DNA of 63,430 nucleotides, counting the filler, from Barthelona sp. PAP020 (Eukaryota), in the NCBI GenBank assembly GCA_040182905.1. It is 7 parts of 7 records of this genome, joined end to end, with 100 filler letters (N's around TTAATTAATTAA, not from the genome) between each part and the next. Parts side by side here need not be neighbours in the genome. Positions count along the whole stretch, not along the records: positions 9,169 to 18,206 come from JARQWU010000433.1; positions 18,307 to 27,301 come from JARQWU010000435.1; 5 more parts are not named here. One strand, written 5' to 3'. The notes under the pieces were generated by a model that did not search any database, was not told the DNA's origin, and worked only from the letters and a program-made list of their open reading frames with translations. Within the stretch, counting starts at the first letter, position 1. The number at the start of each line of letters is the position of its first letter. Shown one piece after another: positions 10,530 through 21,867 of the stretch. The position numbers and the translations under genes were made by a program.

Positions 10530-11510
10530 CATAATTCTTTCATTTGGTAATGCATTATCTCTGGTGCATTTATATTGGACTTGAACAGAAGTGAAATGTC
10601 TTTTGTTGTGTTGGAAAAAAGTGCACTGATATTTGTTTTAAAAAGAAGATCAAGGGGACTCAGGATGTTTTTTAATTTTGCAACAATTATTGTAGTCACT
10701 CTAGAAGCACAATACTGTTTGAACAGTCTGTCTCTCTTGACTGCATTCTCATGGTATTGCTTGTCTTTGTCACAATCCCTTTTTTCAAAGGTGAAGCATC
10801 CGTTGCCACCTTTGCTTTGATAACTCTTGGTGTAAGATCTCCTCTGATTTTTTCTTGTACCAAAATACTTATCGATTCCTCCATGAAATAGGGAGTTCGA
10901 TGTTCAAGTGTCCATAACTTGCACAGAACGCTTCCATAAAGTCTATGCTTAGCAGCTTTATTTTATGTTGTATTAGGTTTGTTACTTGCAATGCACCCTT
11001 TCGGTATCTTTGAGACACTATTTCCGCTGTTTGCAGCTTTCGTGTGGGTTTCCTTTTCTTTTCTTTTTTTTTCTTGAAATAACTGTTGCTATTTTTTATA
11101 AAAAGAGGTTTTTGTATATATCCGGCATTGAGAAATCAAAACCAAAACTGGAACACATTCTTAAGTTTAAACTTTGAGGTAAACCCTCCCAGGGTTTAAA
11201 AAATAAAAAACAGTGTCTGTTTCCTGCTTGATGATCGGTAACAAAGTCTCCACTTCACCTGATTTTACATGCCGTAGTGGTCTGCAGGACTTTGCCCACT
11301 CAGGATGGAGACTGCTTTCTTTTGAAGGAATGCACAGTCAGCATTCTTCTTTTGGTCTCCGAAAATAAATTCCAGTAAAGAGCTGAACCCACTCTTCATG
11401 AGGGTAAAAATTATTATTAAACAACCCTAGTGGAATGTTTCTTTTCATTGCTGATACCACTCTGTCACACGACTCCTCTTTAACAAGGCACCCCCGAAAG
11501 GAATAAAGAT
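10530..11510 (-). pseudogene. Decayed ORF(s) of unknown origin, possibly a mobile-element relic
   Basis: GC-richer than flanking intergenic DNA. The minus frame ~11510-11170 is open for ~110 codons except one TGA. ~11070-10530 reads protein-like with one TAA and one frameshift. Confidence 0.4.
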
Positions 11511-11664
11511 TAAGGTTTATTATTTATTGGTCAACTAAGATTCCCAATCTCTGATTTTGGTAAGTTCTGGAAAAGGTTCGTGCAAGAAAAATAAATTACA
11601 ATATTTTTATAATGTGGAAAAATGTTGTTTTTCAAACATTGAAAAGTGCCAAAAAGCACATCAA

Positions 11665-14600
11665 TCAAGAATTGGTTCGACACACTTGAATCTCCTGATT
11701 AGCACAATAAACTGAAAGAGTGAACGCAGCACTATCTTTTGGATTTAAACAAGCTTCTTCCATTAATAACGGAACAATAGAATAAACAAAGCCATCAGTT
11801 AAATCAATTGATAAGTTTAAATAAATATAGCTTCCATCACTACTGACACCAGGTTCAATAACATTATCTGCTTGAAATGGACCATCTACTGGTATATGAG
11901 TATGCCTCCAAACACACAAAGCGGCTGGATATTTACCTTTCTTGGAAGATGAAGGTTGAGTCAATTCAACATGTAATTCCAAAATGGGCTCTCTAACATG
12001 ATCACTTAAAATCAAAAATTGTGGTGCCAAATATTGTTTTTCAGTATTATCAGTATTGAAACATTGAGCAGTCTTGCCAAACCATTCTCCAGAAATGGAA
12101 TATTTGTGCATGGCGCTCAAAGTGATGCTTGGTAAATACCACTGAAAATTCTCCAAAAATTCTTGCAATGTGATCCAAAAACCCAAAATATCTTCGTTCT
12201 CCAGTAAATTACTCACTTGTCTTCTTAAAGAACGGTTCCAACTGGGTGAATTCTTAGCAAATTCTCCATTAAATTTCCCACACTCAAATCCTTCAACCAA
12301 TGGGACAATATTCAACAACTTCAATCTTCTGGATTTATGGATAGTCTCGAATGTAATCCTTACAATGAAATAAGTATCTGTTGTAAGTCCATGCTTGGTG
12401 AATTCGGTTAAATTTGTATCGGAAATCTTTTCATCAACCTTTTGATCTTTATCTTGAGCGTTAACATCAATAGATTCTGGTGGAGTGGACTTTTCGTAAC
12501 TGATGGTTTGAGCTAAACAGAAGAAACCATCTTTCTTGCTGCTCCATGTCAATTGTCTAAAGGCATGAGCTTGCTTTGTAGCACTAGAATTAATACTTTT
12601 ACATATAACAGGATCTCCACGAGCCCCAAACAACATTCTCATGGCTAATGGTGCTGAAAATTGAATAGCAATTAAAGACAAGTTCTTTAATATCTTAAAA
12701 ATGAGTCTATTTATCAACCAAGGCAAAATTTCATGTTCATCAGCTGTTTGATCAAATAAACAAGAAAATTTCTCCGCCTTTTCATCAAAATAATAAGGCA
12801 AATAACCATCTAACAAAACATAATCCATTCTTTCTTTGTTGTGATATTGTACCAAAAAAATTCCTCGTTTGGGACAATATCTGACAACCATGTCTAACAA
12901 TTCATATTTTTTCAACACATGAACACCTAAGAATAAAGGTTTTATTATTGGAAAGAATGTAGACGACTTTAAAGTCTGTAAATCGTTAATGTTCAACTTT
13001 ATATCCTCAGATAATTTATCTGTATAATGAAATTCCTTAACATCAGTAAATTCCATCATTTCTTTGACCAAAGAATCTTCTAAAATCTTTAAATGTTGGT
13101 CTTGATACAGTTGATCATAATTATCGGCCATACAATCAATAAATGCGACACCATGTCTAATAAAATTGGTTTCTCTGCTTTGATAAATCATTGATGGTAC
13201 AATATCCTTCTTCAATTTTCTCACTTCTTCAGTGCATGTTTCACATAAAGCAGCAATACTATGATAAACTGTGATCAAATCTGGAACTTTGAGATCATTC
13301 ATCTTATTCTTTAAAGTGTGTAATAAATCTTTAATCTCTTCATAATTTTGATAACATCTTACATATTCTTCAGCAAATTCAAGGAAATCTGCATTTTCAA
13401 TCTTCAATGATCCCAATATTTTTTTAATACGTTTCAAATCTTTACTTAACTTCAAAACAACATTCTTTTTTTCGGTAACTCGCTTGAATATTTCTTTCTT
13501 TTTCTTTCTATTGGTCAAATGTACTTGTTTCTTGTGTGAAATCCCATGTTTATTCTTCTTTTTTCCTTCATCATTATCAACATCATCATCATCATTATCA
13601 ATATCATCAACCTCTTCATTATCATTATCAACTCTAAATTCTTCATTATCTTTTACAATATCATTATCCTTAGTAACAGAAGCATCATCCCTTGATGATG
13701 TTGGTTCAACCACTTCAGAATATTTAACATTTGATTTATTTGATGTTTTATCAGATTTAGCAACAAGTTTAAATGAACCAGAATTCGGTCTGGAAGATAC
13801 ATCAATGCTGGTGTCAGCAATTGTATTCAAAGGAACATTAGTTTCCACAGGTTCTCCAGTATTCAACATATTAGATGCATTTACAGAGAGGTCTATTGAT
13901 TCATCAATACTTTTACTTGACAAAACAGCGACAGAATCATGATTAAACATTAAATCTTCATCAATAAAAGAATTTACACCATCAAAAACGTGATTCATAC
14001 CAATATCCAATAATTCAGGCTTTGAATCCAATTCTTCGGGAATCTTACCATAAACCAAAGCATGTACAGAACGTTTCTCTCTATTATTGGAAAAATTTTC
14101 CAATTTTTCCATTTCAGCAAGGCTATCCAAACTAATAACGCTGCCAGAATCACTGTTATCCAAAGTAGATACATCATCATCATCACAAGATATTGTGTTA
14201 TCATCAAACTTAAATGCTTCATTCAGTTCATCATGATCATCTGGGATAAATGATTGGTGTTCCACATCAGTTTTCTCATCAGAAGAAAGATTCTTTTCAA
14301 TTGACTCAAAATTACTGCTACTACAATCATCATCCTTCAATTGTTCCATCAAAACCATATCTACACTCATTTTAGCGGGTTTTTGTCCATTTAGCCCTTC
14401 TTTAAGTTTATTTTCCACATATGATTTATAATCACTGCGAATCAAATCTTGTTCTTCTGGGCTCATCTTAAGAACTTTATCCAAATCAAAATCTTGCTTA
14501 CATTCTTCAATATATTGGTTTATCAAATAATTTCTTTGTTCAAGTTCAACTAAACTAGTTTCAATGAGGTTCATGAAGAACTTCCCCAGTAAAACATTCT

Positions 14601-17600
14601 CTCTAACATAGAATTGCAAAAGTTGAAGACTAATATTGTACATTTGAGCCTCCAATAAATGTAAATTGTGAATGTTTTCTGCTGTCCTTTTGCTACGTAT
14701 TTCTGTAATTAAACGATCATACTTAGGTGTATCGACAATATAACTGATTTCTTCATTTTCTAAAAAATCATCGTATTGCTCCAATGCACAGATGTCTTCA
14801 CCATTTAAATGTCTAGATATTAATAAATGTTCCAATTCAATGAACTTTAATGAAGTTTTGATGCGACTCCATTCATTAAACTCTTCGAGAATAGATTGTA
14901 AACTGGAAGATTCAGCTGTTTCTTCCTTAAAAAACTTACGTTTCTTCTTTACTCTTGGATTCTTTGCAGTGATACGATCAACAATCCTACAAATACCATC
15001 TAATTCAACACCATTCATGGTATCTACTACTTGAGAGATCATATCTGGACTGAAACAAAAATTATATTTTAAAAACACTTCTAACAAAGATGTTTTATAA
15101 CCCAAATAACCTACATTACAACAAATCAATCCACCTAATATCAATAAAATGAAATTTGAGTCTAATGTCATGAACAATAACAAATAACAAATAACAATAA
15201 AAACATACCAACTCAAAACAATGATAAATTCCCTATTTTTGCTCCTGCTAAACGTTTTCAATCTTTCATCAAAGACTAAAGAAGGAAACAAAAACTCACT
15301 TAAATAGGTCTTAGATCCATAATTTGCACTACCAAAAAATGCAGGTAAATGGTAAGCATTCATTGAAATACCAACCATAGTAATAACGCCCAAAAACATT
15401 AGAACTAACACAAACACATAGGCATTATCAGATATCTGAACAAAACCGAAATAAGATAATATACTACAAATAAAGAATAATACAATCACAATATTCTTGA
15501 CCATCTTAAATTCAGGTTTTTTGCTGAAAAAAATCCATGCAGGTAACAATCCAAAAATAGAAATCCAAAGTGGGTATAAACCAAAGAAGTAAAGCTTAAA
15601 AAAACCCTGAAAATATACATAATATTCAATTGGTAAAACAAAGACAGTATAACAACACATTAAACTGTAAAACAAAGAATATCTAGTGAAAGACTTTTTA
15701 AAACTGTTTTCATTGAAGAAACATAAGAGATTTATCATGTAATGTAAGAGTGGAAAGATGATTGTAGCAATACCAAAGCCTGTGACGTATTCATCAAAAA
15801 ATGTCTCTTTCAGATCACTTTTGTAAGTCAAAAACCTGGCTATTTCTTGAACAAACAATACAAAGAAAGAATTAACGGCGGAATAATAATTTCCACCTTT
15901 ATTACCGAGTAGAGAACGAAGAATTACAACTAAAAATAGAATAGATGTACTGCCATAAACAACATTCATATCTGCAATTGAAGGAGCTTCAAAAGAACAA
16001 TAGTACAAGAGATAAAATTGAATTGTAAAATTGAATAGCATCAATACATTCAAAAGCGTTCTAGGAAATGTGTATATCGGTGCTAAAATTGGCTCTTCAG
16101 AACTAAAAAACTGAAAATCCAATAATTCCATAAACTTTACTTGCAATAACATAGATAAACTACAAGGTACTAAATATAAAACAGTTAAAACCATGTCTGG
16201 CCAACTGTTATGTCTTAAAACAACTTCAAACTTACTAAACAGAAAAATAATTATCGCTATTGAACCAACAATGAAACAAACAGATTTAATCATGTAGATA
16301 ATAATAAAAGTTGGTGTTTTTCCAGATAAAACTTTCAAAACGCTTATATTTTTTGGATCATCATGATCTACTTGTAATTTCACTTCATCAACAGTCAATT
16401 TTTCAATATTACATTTTTGAACCAATAATAAAACTCTTTGACGTGTATCATTGTACTCACCTTCGTTGAACGCTAGAATCCATGAAAATGCCAACGATAT
16501 CAAAGGGATAATTCCAACAAAGACAATTCCTATCAAAACAAACTTATAATCGAATGATGCTTCGATATTATCGCTAAAGGATGGGTTCTTTTGAAGCAAA
16601 TACTCATTTATAGCAAAATTTATAAAATAAAAAACAAATACGAAAACCGTAGAGTTAAAATACCCATTCAAATTAAATAAAGATTTTCCATTGATGTATT
16701 CAGATGTCATGTATTGTGTTGCGTCTTTTTGATAAAAGAACTCAGACTTTGACTTCTTGATACCTAAACCACCAATCAATTGTGAAATAAAGAAACATAA
16801 GACAAAAAAAAACGTAAACCTGTAACCATTTAAGAAGACAATATCAACAATTATAATATGAATCACAAACATTAATGTGGTCAATAAGCACATGACAGAA
16901 GCCTTTCTCAACACATTAATCATGGGAAATAATAGAATACTCAAATATATGGGAACAAAAATCTGAAAACTAGTGAAAAAGAAAGTGGTATATTTTAAAT
17001 GAAACACAAAAGATACCATAGAAGGAAAAAATCCAAAAAACACGTTCAATAGCAAAAAAAACAAAGTTTCTTTGATTGGACGCACAGTAACAGCACATAT
17101 ATCATCGTATTGTGCACTTCTGATTAATTTTCGAATAGACAATTCTGGTAAATAATTCAAGTGGGTAAATGCTAATGGTATACTGATAATAAATGGTAAA
17201 AATCCAACAATAACTAAGAACAAACGCGAAAAATATTCATTATAAGCAATCAAAAACCATCCATCAATAATAGATAGTATAAATATGACAAATATACCTA
17301 TATATTTGTCATAAATACTTATTTTACCCTCACTTACATATAATTTGCTTGGAATAAGAGTCAATAAAGACATAACTATGAAACTAATACCAGGAAACAA
17401 ATCATACTGTAATCCTATAGTTAATTTTAACGTGTAAGATCGGTAAGATAAAATTAATGGATGTATTAAGACTCCAAAAAATGAAACTAAATATATAATA
17501 ATCTTTCCTAAATTATTTTTATTAACTTTAAGCATATTTGGTAATAATTTAACCATACCATGACATTTAATAAAAGAATATATAAAAATTGAGGTAAAAA

Positions 17601-17682
17601 TCATTTGAATAATGCTATGTATCGTATAAAATGTGACCATGTCAACCTTTGAATTGAAAAAATTACTCAAAGTGGACGTCAT
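11665..17682 (-). CDS. Multi-pass membrane calpain-like protein (DEK1-type architecture), probably catalytically inactive
   Basis: ~860 aa of repeated hydrophobic segments, then an acidic linker. CysPc-like motifs DYVLLDGYLP, EILPWLINRLIFK, GFWITLQEFLENF. Domain III-like ISGEWFGKTA...APQFLI...FTLSVYC. Confidence 0.8.
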   Translation of the reverse strand: MTSTLSNFFNSKVDMVTFYTIHSIIQMIFTSIFIYSFIKCHGMVKLLPNMLKVNKNNLGKIIIYLVSFFGVLIHPLILSYRSYTLKLTIGLQYDLFPGISFIVMSLLTLIPSKLYVSEGKISIYDKYIGIFVIFILSIIDGWFLIAYNEYFSRLFLVIVGFLPFIISIPLAFTHLNYLPELSIRKLIRSAQYDDICAVTVRPIKETLFFLLLNVFFGFFPSMVSFVFHLKYTTFFFTSFQIFVPIYLSILLFPMINVLRKASVMCLLTTLMFVIHIIIVDIVFLNGYRFTFFFVLCFFISQLIGGLGIKKSKSEFFYQKDATQYMTSEYINGKSLFNLNGYFNSTVFVFVFYFINFAINEYLLQKNPSFSDNIEASFDYKFVLIGIVFVGIIPLISLAFSWILAFNEGEYNDTRQRVLLLVQKCNIEKLTVDEVKLQVDHDDPKNISVLKVLSGKTPTFIIIYMIKSVCFIVGSIAIIIFLFSKFEVVLRHNSWPDMVLTVLYLVPCSLSMLLQVKFMELLDFQFFSSEEPILAPIYTFPRTLLNVLMLFNFTIQFYLLYYCSFEAPSIADMNVVYGSTSILFLVVILRSLLGNKGGNYYSAVNSFFVLFVQEIARFLTYKSDLKETFFDEYVTGFGIATIIFPLLHYMINLLCFFNENSFKKSFTRYSLFYSLMCCYTVFVLPIEYYVYFQGFFKLYFFGLYPLWISIFGLLPAWIFFSKKPEFKMVKNIVIVLFFICSILSYFGFVQISDNAYVFVLVLMFLGVITMVGISMNAYHLPAFFGSANYGSKTYLSEFLFPSLVFDERLKTFSRSKNREFIIVLSWYVFIVICYLLLFMTLDSNFILLILGGLICCNVGYLGYKTSLLEVFLKYNFCFSPDMISQVVDTMNGVELDGICRIVDRITAKNPRVKKKRKFFKEETAESSSLQSILEEFNEWSRIKTSLKFIELEHLLISRHLNGEDICALEQYDDFLENEEISYIVDTPKYDRLITEIRSKRTAENIHNLHLLEAQMYNISLQLLQFYVRENVLLGKFFMNLIETSLVELEQRNYLINQYIEECKQDFDLDKVLKMSPEEQDLIRSDYKSYVENKLKEGLNGQKPAKMSVDMVLMEQLKDDDCSSSNFESIEKNLSSDEKTDVEHQSFIPDDHDELNEAFKFDDNTISCDDDDVSTLDNSDSGSVISLDSLAEMEKLENFSNNREKRSVHALVYGKIPEELDSKPELLDIGMNHVFDGVNSFIDEDLMFNHDSVAVLSSKSIDESIDLSVNASNMLNTGEPVETNVPLNTIADTSIDVSSRPNSGSFKLVAKSDKTSNKSNVKYSEVVEPTSSRDDASVTKDNDIVKDNEEFRVDNDNEEVDDIDNDDDDVDNDEGKKKNKHGISHKKQVHLTNRKKKKEIFKRVTEKKNVVLKLSKDLKRIKKILGSLKIENADFLEFAEEYVRCYQNYEEIKDLLHTLKNKMNDLKVPDLITVYHSIAALCETCTEEVRKLKKDIVPSMIYQSRETNFIRHGVAFIDCMADNYDQLYQDQHLKILEDSLVKEMMEFTDVKEFHYTDKLSEDIKLNINDLQTLKSSTFFPIIKPLFLGVHVLKKYELLDMVVRYCPKRGIFLVQYHNKERMDYVLLDGYLPYYFDEKAEKFSCLFDQTADEHEILPWLINRLIFKILKNLSLIAIQFSAPLAMRMLFGARGDPVICKSINSSATKQAHAFRQLTWSSKKDGFFCLAQTISYEKSTPPESIDVNAQDKDQKVDEKISDTNLTEFTKHGLTTDTYFIVRITFETIHKSRRLKLLNIVPLVEGFECGKFNGEFAKNSPSWNRSLRRQVSNLLENEDILGFWITLQEFLENFQWYLPSITLSAMHKYSISGEWFGKTAQCFNTDNTEKQYLAPQFLILSDHVREPILELHVELTQPSSSKKGKYPAALCVWRHTHIPVDGPFQADNVIEPGVSSDGSYIYLNLSIDLTDGFVYSIVPLLMEEACLNPKDSAAFTLSVYCANQEIQVCRTNS

Positions 17683-17895
17683 TTAATGTACAACAAACTG
17701 AAAATTACAAAAAAAAAATTTGAATTCACTCAACAATATCAATTGTTTCTTTCATATTCAATCAACATATTTTTTATTCAAATTTTAATAAAGATGCAAT
17801 AAAAAGATAATTAACAGAAAATTCTTTTCACACAAAAATTTAAAAAAAAAATCGATGGTTCAACAAATTATTTATTAAACCTTCACAAAATATCT

Positions 17896-18206
17896 TTAAA
17901 AAGTGCTATCAAAAATATCAATACTACCATTTAACGTCCCTATAGCTATTCTATCATTGCACAGATCCATTGAAATAATTTGATCATTCACATGATATAC
18001 ACCATCAACCGAACTACCATCAAGATCATTGACTAATTCCTTTCTATTTACTTTACGGTCTAAAGAAGCAGAAAAAATATTTATCACATTCGCAATTTTA
18101 GTGGTTTTTACTGATGTTACTGCAAATTCGTGTGCCTTTGATACCATTATAGGCTTAATGAAATTCCTACTGTCCCATACAAGCACATCACAACCATTAC
18201 CATCAA
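17896..18206 (-). CDS. C-terminal part of a WD40-repeat protein (5'-truncated)
   Basis: DVLVWD...AHEFAVTSV...IFSASLDRKV...IAIGTLNGSIDIFD. Confidence 0.85.
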
Positions 18207-18306
18207 NNNNNNNNNNNNNNNNNNNNNNNNNNNNNNNNNNNNNNNNNNNNTTAATTAATTAANNNNNNNNNNNNNNNNNNNNNNNNNNNNNNNNNNNNNN
18301 NNNNNN
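18207..18306. other. Artificial contig linker
   Basis: N44-TTAATTAATTAA-N44. Confidence 0.99.
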
Positions 18307-18895
18307 TTTCATATGTTTCACAACAAACAGCACAAAACTCAATGCCACAATAGCAACATTTTGCATGATTGGAATTCAAATCTTTTATCGAACAATAGTG
18401 TCCATTTGGACATTTTATAGCATTATTTTGCAAATATTTAACTGTCATTTCATCAATTGGTTTTGCCTGCAAAATATTTTTTTCAAAATTTTTTTCATTT
18501 TCTTCACATGTAATCATATCCGAATGTTTGGGAAACCCACAAGTTTTACAATAATTAGTGTTACATTGATTACAAATCGGCTGAATTAAATCTAAATTTA
18601 CAAATCCTGAACAATTTAAATTTTTACAAGTTGTAAAATTAAATTGTTTTAAATTACGTTTGATAAAGTATGTTGATAATTTATTTAATTCATTTTTCGA
18701 AAAAATTGTGTGAATAATATCCATTTCAATTAATTGAGTACAATTAGGAAATGGACAATATATATTCTTCGAATAACAATAATTCAAGACTAATTTTCTT
18801 AAACAATCTCGACAAAACTTATGACCACACTTTAATTTTAACACACCGAATTGTTTTAACTTTTTTTGTTGACATATTTGACAAGTGCGTCGCAT
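18307..18895 (-). CDS. RBR (RING-IBR-RING) E3 ubiquitin ligase (3'-truncated)
   Basis: RING1 CQIC...CGHKFCRDC...CPFPNC. IBR CKNLNC...CNQCNTNYCKTCGFPKH. RING2 KCPNGH...CCYCGIEFCAVC. Confidence 0.9.
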
Positions 18896-19241
18896 TATTA
18901 AATTATGTTAAAAAGATAATTGTCAATATGAAATCCAACTGTAAAATTTCTATTTTTTCTTTTTAATAATAAAACAGGAATAAACATTCTGATTTAGATA
19001 AAATTAATCGATTCGATATTATCATTAATTTAACTGACACAAAATTTAATAGAATAAAAACAAATATAGAATTATATCAATCCTTTCATTCCATAAAATT
19101 GATTACTTTTTTGAACAAAACAAAGTTATATATTCAATTAAAAAAAAAAAATTAATTTATGGGAGAAGTTGAAGAGACATTTTTTTTATAGACATTGAAA
19201 ATTCTTCTTTTGTTAAAATTCAAATTTGAAATATGAAGAAT

Positions 19242-19595
19242 TTAGAGGGATTTACCAAATGATGCTTCGGTAGTGTATTGTAAATATAAAAATCCATCAT
19301 TTTCCTTATAATTCTGATATAATTGTGCAAATGTATCGGTAGGTTTTGGAAATACTTTACAAAACAAAAATAAAGATCGATCATCGGATAATTTAACTTT
19401 TGTTTTCAAGAAATTTAAGAATTGATTGATTGTATATGTAGCTGGAATTAAATATTTTCTTCTGCTCAATTGAGGAACATCAGAATTTGGTGCTTTTTCA
19501 CAAATAACGGGAATTCTATCTGGATGTGTTTTTAAAATATCCAAAGCTTTTTTTTGTCTAACTTCGAAAGGCCATTCAGCTTTAAATGAACTCAT
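19242..19595 (-). CDS. ATG8: Autophagy ubiquitin-like protein ATG8
   Basis: HPDRIPVICEKA...KYLIP...DGFLYLQYTTEASFG, with a short extension after the lipidated Gly. Confidence 0.96.
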   Translation of the reverse strand: MSSFKAEWPFEVRQKKALDILKTHPDRIPVICEKAPNSDVPQLSRRKYLIPATYTINQFLNFLKTKVKLSDDRSLFLFCKVFPKPTDTFAQLYQNYKENDGFLYLQYTTEASFGKSL

Positions 19596-19896
19596 AGAAG
19601 ACAGGGATTTAATAAAAGAATGAAGGAAAAAAAAAATTCTTTTTTTACTATTACCAAGGATAGTAATGAATTGAAAACTTTTTGTTAATTTTTATTGAAT
19701 GTAATAGTTAGAAATAAATGAAAAAGACAAGAAAAATAAAAAAATTTAGAATCAAGAAAAATGTATTTACAAATCAAAGAATAAGCATTAAAAAAAATTT
19801 GAAAAATAGAAAAATAGAAAAATATAGAGGCTAAATATATTAGAAACAAAAAAAATATTACATAGTACACATGAATTCATGAAGTTGGAAATCATA

Positions 19897-21867
19897 TCAC
19901 ACAACAAATTTAATTTTTTTTTTCCACTTAGCGTTTTCTTTTTTCAGTCTTTTATTTTCCAATGACAATTTTTTTTCTTTACCCATTACTTTCTTGAGTT
20001 CGTTGAATATATAATCGGTTTCAAATTCATCATTTGTGGTCGTATTCAATTCTTCTGATTCATCATCAGAAGTATCAATATCTTCAGTTTCAGAACTGAA
20101 AAGAGTTTCCAATTTTTCTAATTTTTCTTTTAAGACAAGATTTTCTTCCTGTGCGATAATAAGATCATCCAAGGCTAATTTCAAGGCTTTTTGATTATCA
20201 TTTTTTGATGTTTGAATTGTTAAACTATTTTCATCAGTTGTTAGAAGGTTTTCGACATAACCATATTCAACAGTACGAATTCTAATTTTTTCTTTCAAAA
20301 TTGAAACTTCTTTTTCATAATTTTGGAGTTTTTCTTTCAAAGCTGCTTCATCAGATGTTGAAACTTTTATTTTAAGCAATTCATCTTTCTGTTCATTAAA
20401 TCTGGTCATCAAATTTTCCTGAACATTTAAAATCTTGGAATATTCACGTTGTAGTTTTTCTTTTTCATCTTTTAATGCAGCATTTTCAGCTTCAAGACCA
20501 ATTTTTGCTTGTTCCAATATTTGCTCATGTTTATCCAATTCTTTTGTATCTAACTTAATTTTGAGCATCAAATTTGCGTTCTTTTCCTTTTTTTCTTTTA
20601 ATTTCATTGAAACTTTTGTAGTTTTAGCTTTATATTCTTCAATTTTTTCAGTATATTGTTTTTGTTGATCAATCAAAACATTCTTATAATTTTGAATTGG
20701 AACATTTGCTTTAAAATAGGATTGAAGATTGATCAGTTTCTTTTTACTATTAACTTCATTGTTTTCTTCAATATCCAACGTTATTTCAGCAAGAATCTTT
20801 TCAATTTCTAAAAATTTACCCGCCAATCTTGTAAATACATCAACAATGTTTTCTTTATGATTCTTTTGACTCTTAATCAATCGTTTAATGTTTTCATTTT
20901 CATCAGTATCAGAAAGAAGTATCTCGTTATCAATCTTATTCAAGTCTTCATTCCATCCACGTACAGTCAAGGCTTTTTCAGTTGTTTTCGATATCCCAAA
21001 TTTGAATGAAAGCATTTCTTGTCTCAATATATGTTCTGGAGATTTGTTGGCAGCCTTAGCAGTGGCAGCAATTAACATTTTTGACACTGGCGAAACAGAA
21101 CGGAATAACCATTCAACTGATTCAGTACCAGTATCAACTTCAGGTATAGATTGAGGAACTTCTTCATTGGGTTCAGGCTCATCCTTTACTTGTGTAGATA
21201 CAGATGCAGGTGCAGTAGTCACAGGCGATTTATGGTTCTGATATTTCATCAGCTCATTTGTATCTAAAATTGAATTAGATTTCTTCTTATATTGTGCCTT
21301 ATCCCCAGGTTCAACGTTTTTCGACTTTGAAATATTGGCATGTTTCTTGGAAGAACTGAAAGAATCAGAAGCTTTAGCCTTAGGAGTTTCAAATCCTATT
21401 GAGCTGGAACTCGATCTCGAGACATTTTTGTTTTGTCTTTTTGGTATAACACCTGGTTTTTTTTTTGGCGAAGATCTCTTTTTCGCTATTGCTGAATATG
21501 AATTATTGCCAATATTAGTATCAACTTTCACATTTGAATCATTAGCAAACCCTTTTTGAAGTAATCCAGATTTTTTTTCTTTTATGTATTCTTTATTAGA
21601 AAAAGATTTAATTGATTCAGTTTGAAGATGTGTTTGTGTTTTTGGTGTTTTAAAAGGTGATTGAATCTTTCGTTTTTTTGAAGAAGAAATAACACTATCA
21701 AATAACGAAGCTCTTTTATCTGAAGTAGAATTTTTCGATTCTACTTTCTTTGAATTTGAAAATTTCGGTTCAGGTATTGGAAGCAACCAAGTTTTTTTTG
21801 GAATAGTATCATCTTCTCGAACAGCCCTTGAAAGTTGTTTCAATGTGGTTAATCGTTTAGTTGACAT
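19897..21867 (-). CDS. Hypothetical protein, S/K-rich N-terminus and coiled-coil C-terminus
   Basis: ~656-aa ORF. First ATG at 21867. Confidence 0.85.
   Translation of the reverse strand: MSTKRLTTLKQLSRAVREDDTIPKKTWLLPIPEPKFSNSKKVESKNSTSDKRASLFDSVISSSKKRKIQSPFKTPKTQTHLQTESIKSFSNKEYIKEKKSGLLQKGFANDSNVKVDTNIGNNSYSAIAKKRSSPKKKPGVIPKRQNKNVSRSSSSSIGFETPKAKASDSFSSSKKHANISKSKNVEPGDKAQYKKKSNSILDTNELMKYQNHKSPVTTAPASVSTQVKDEPEPNEEVPQSIPEVDTGTESVEWLFRSVSPVSKMLIAATAKAANKSPEHILRQEMLSFKFGISKTTEKALTVRGWNEDLNKIDNEILLSDTDENENIKRLIKSQKNHKENIVDVFTRLAGKFLEIEKILAEITLDIEENNEVNSKKKLINLQSYFKANVPIQNYKNVLIDQQKQYTEKIEEYKAKTTKVSMKLKEKKEKNANLMLKIKLDTKELDKHEQILEQAKIGLEAENAALKDEKEKLQREYSKILNVQENLMTRFNEQKDELLKIKVSTSDEAALKEKLQNYEKEVSILKEKIRIRTVEYGYVENLLTTDENSLTIQTSKNDNQKALKLALDDLIIAQEENLVLKEKLEKLETLFSSETEDIDTSDDESEELNTTTNDEFETDYIFNELKKVMGKEKKLSLENKRLKKENAKWKKKIKFVV

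Noticed and set aside
11181..11197. Telomere-like AAACCCT/AGGGTTT
   Set aside because: Single units only, with no tandem array.
13484..13942. Long antisense ORFs (also 511-930, 29734-30195, 33937-34410, 43986-44435)
   Set aside because: These are shadows of real genes on the opposite strand, with S/F/L-rich mirror composition.
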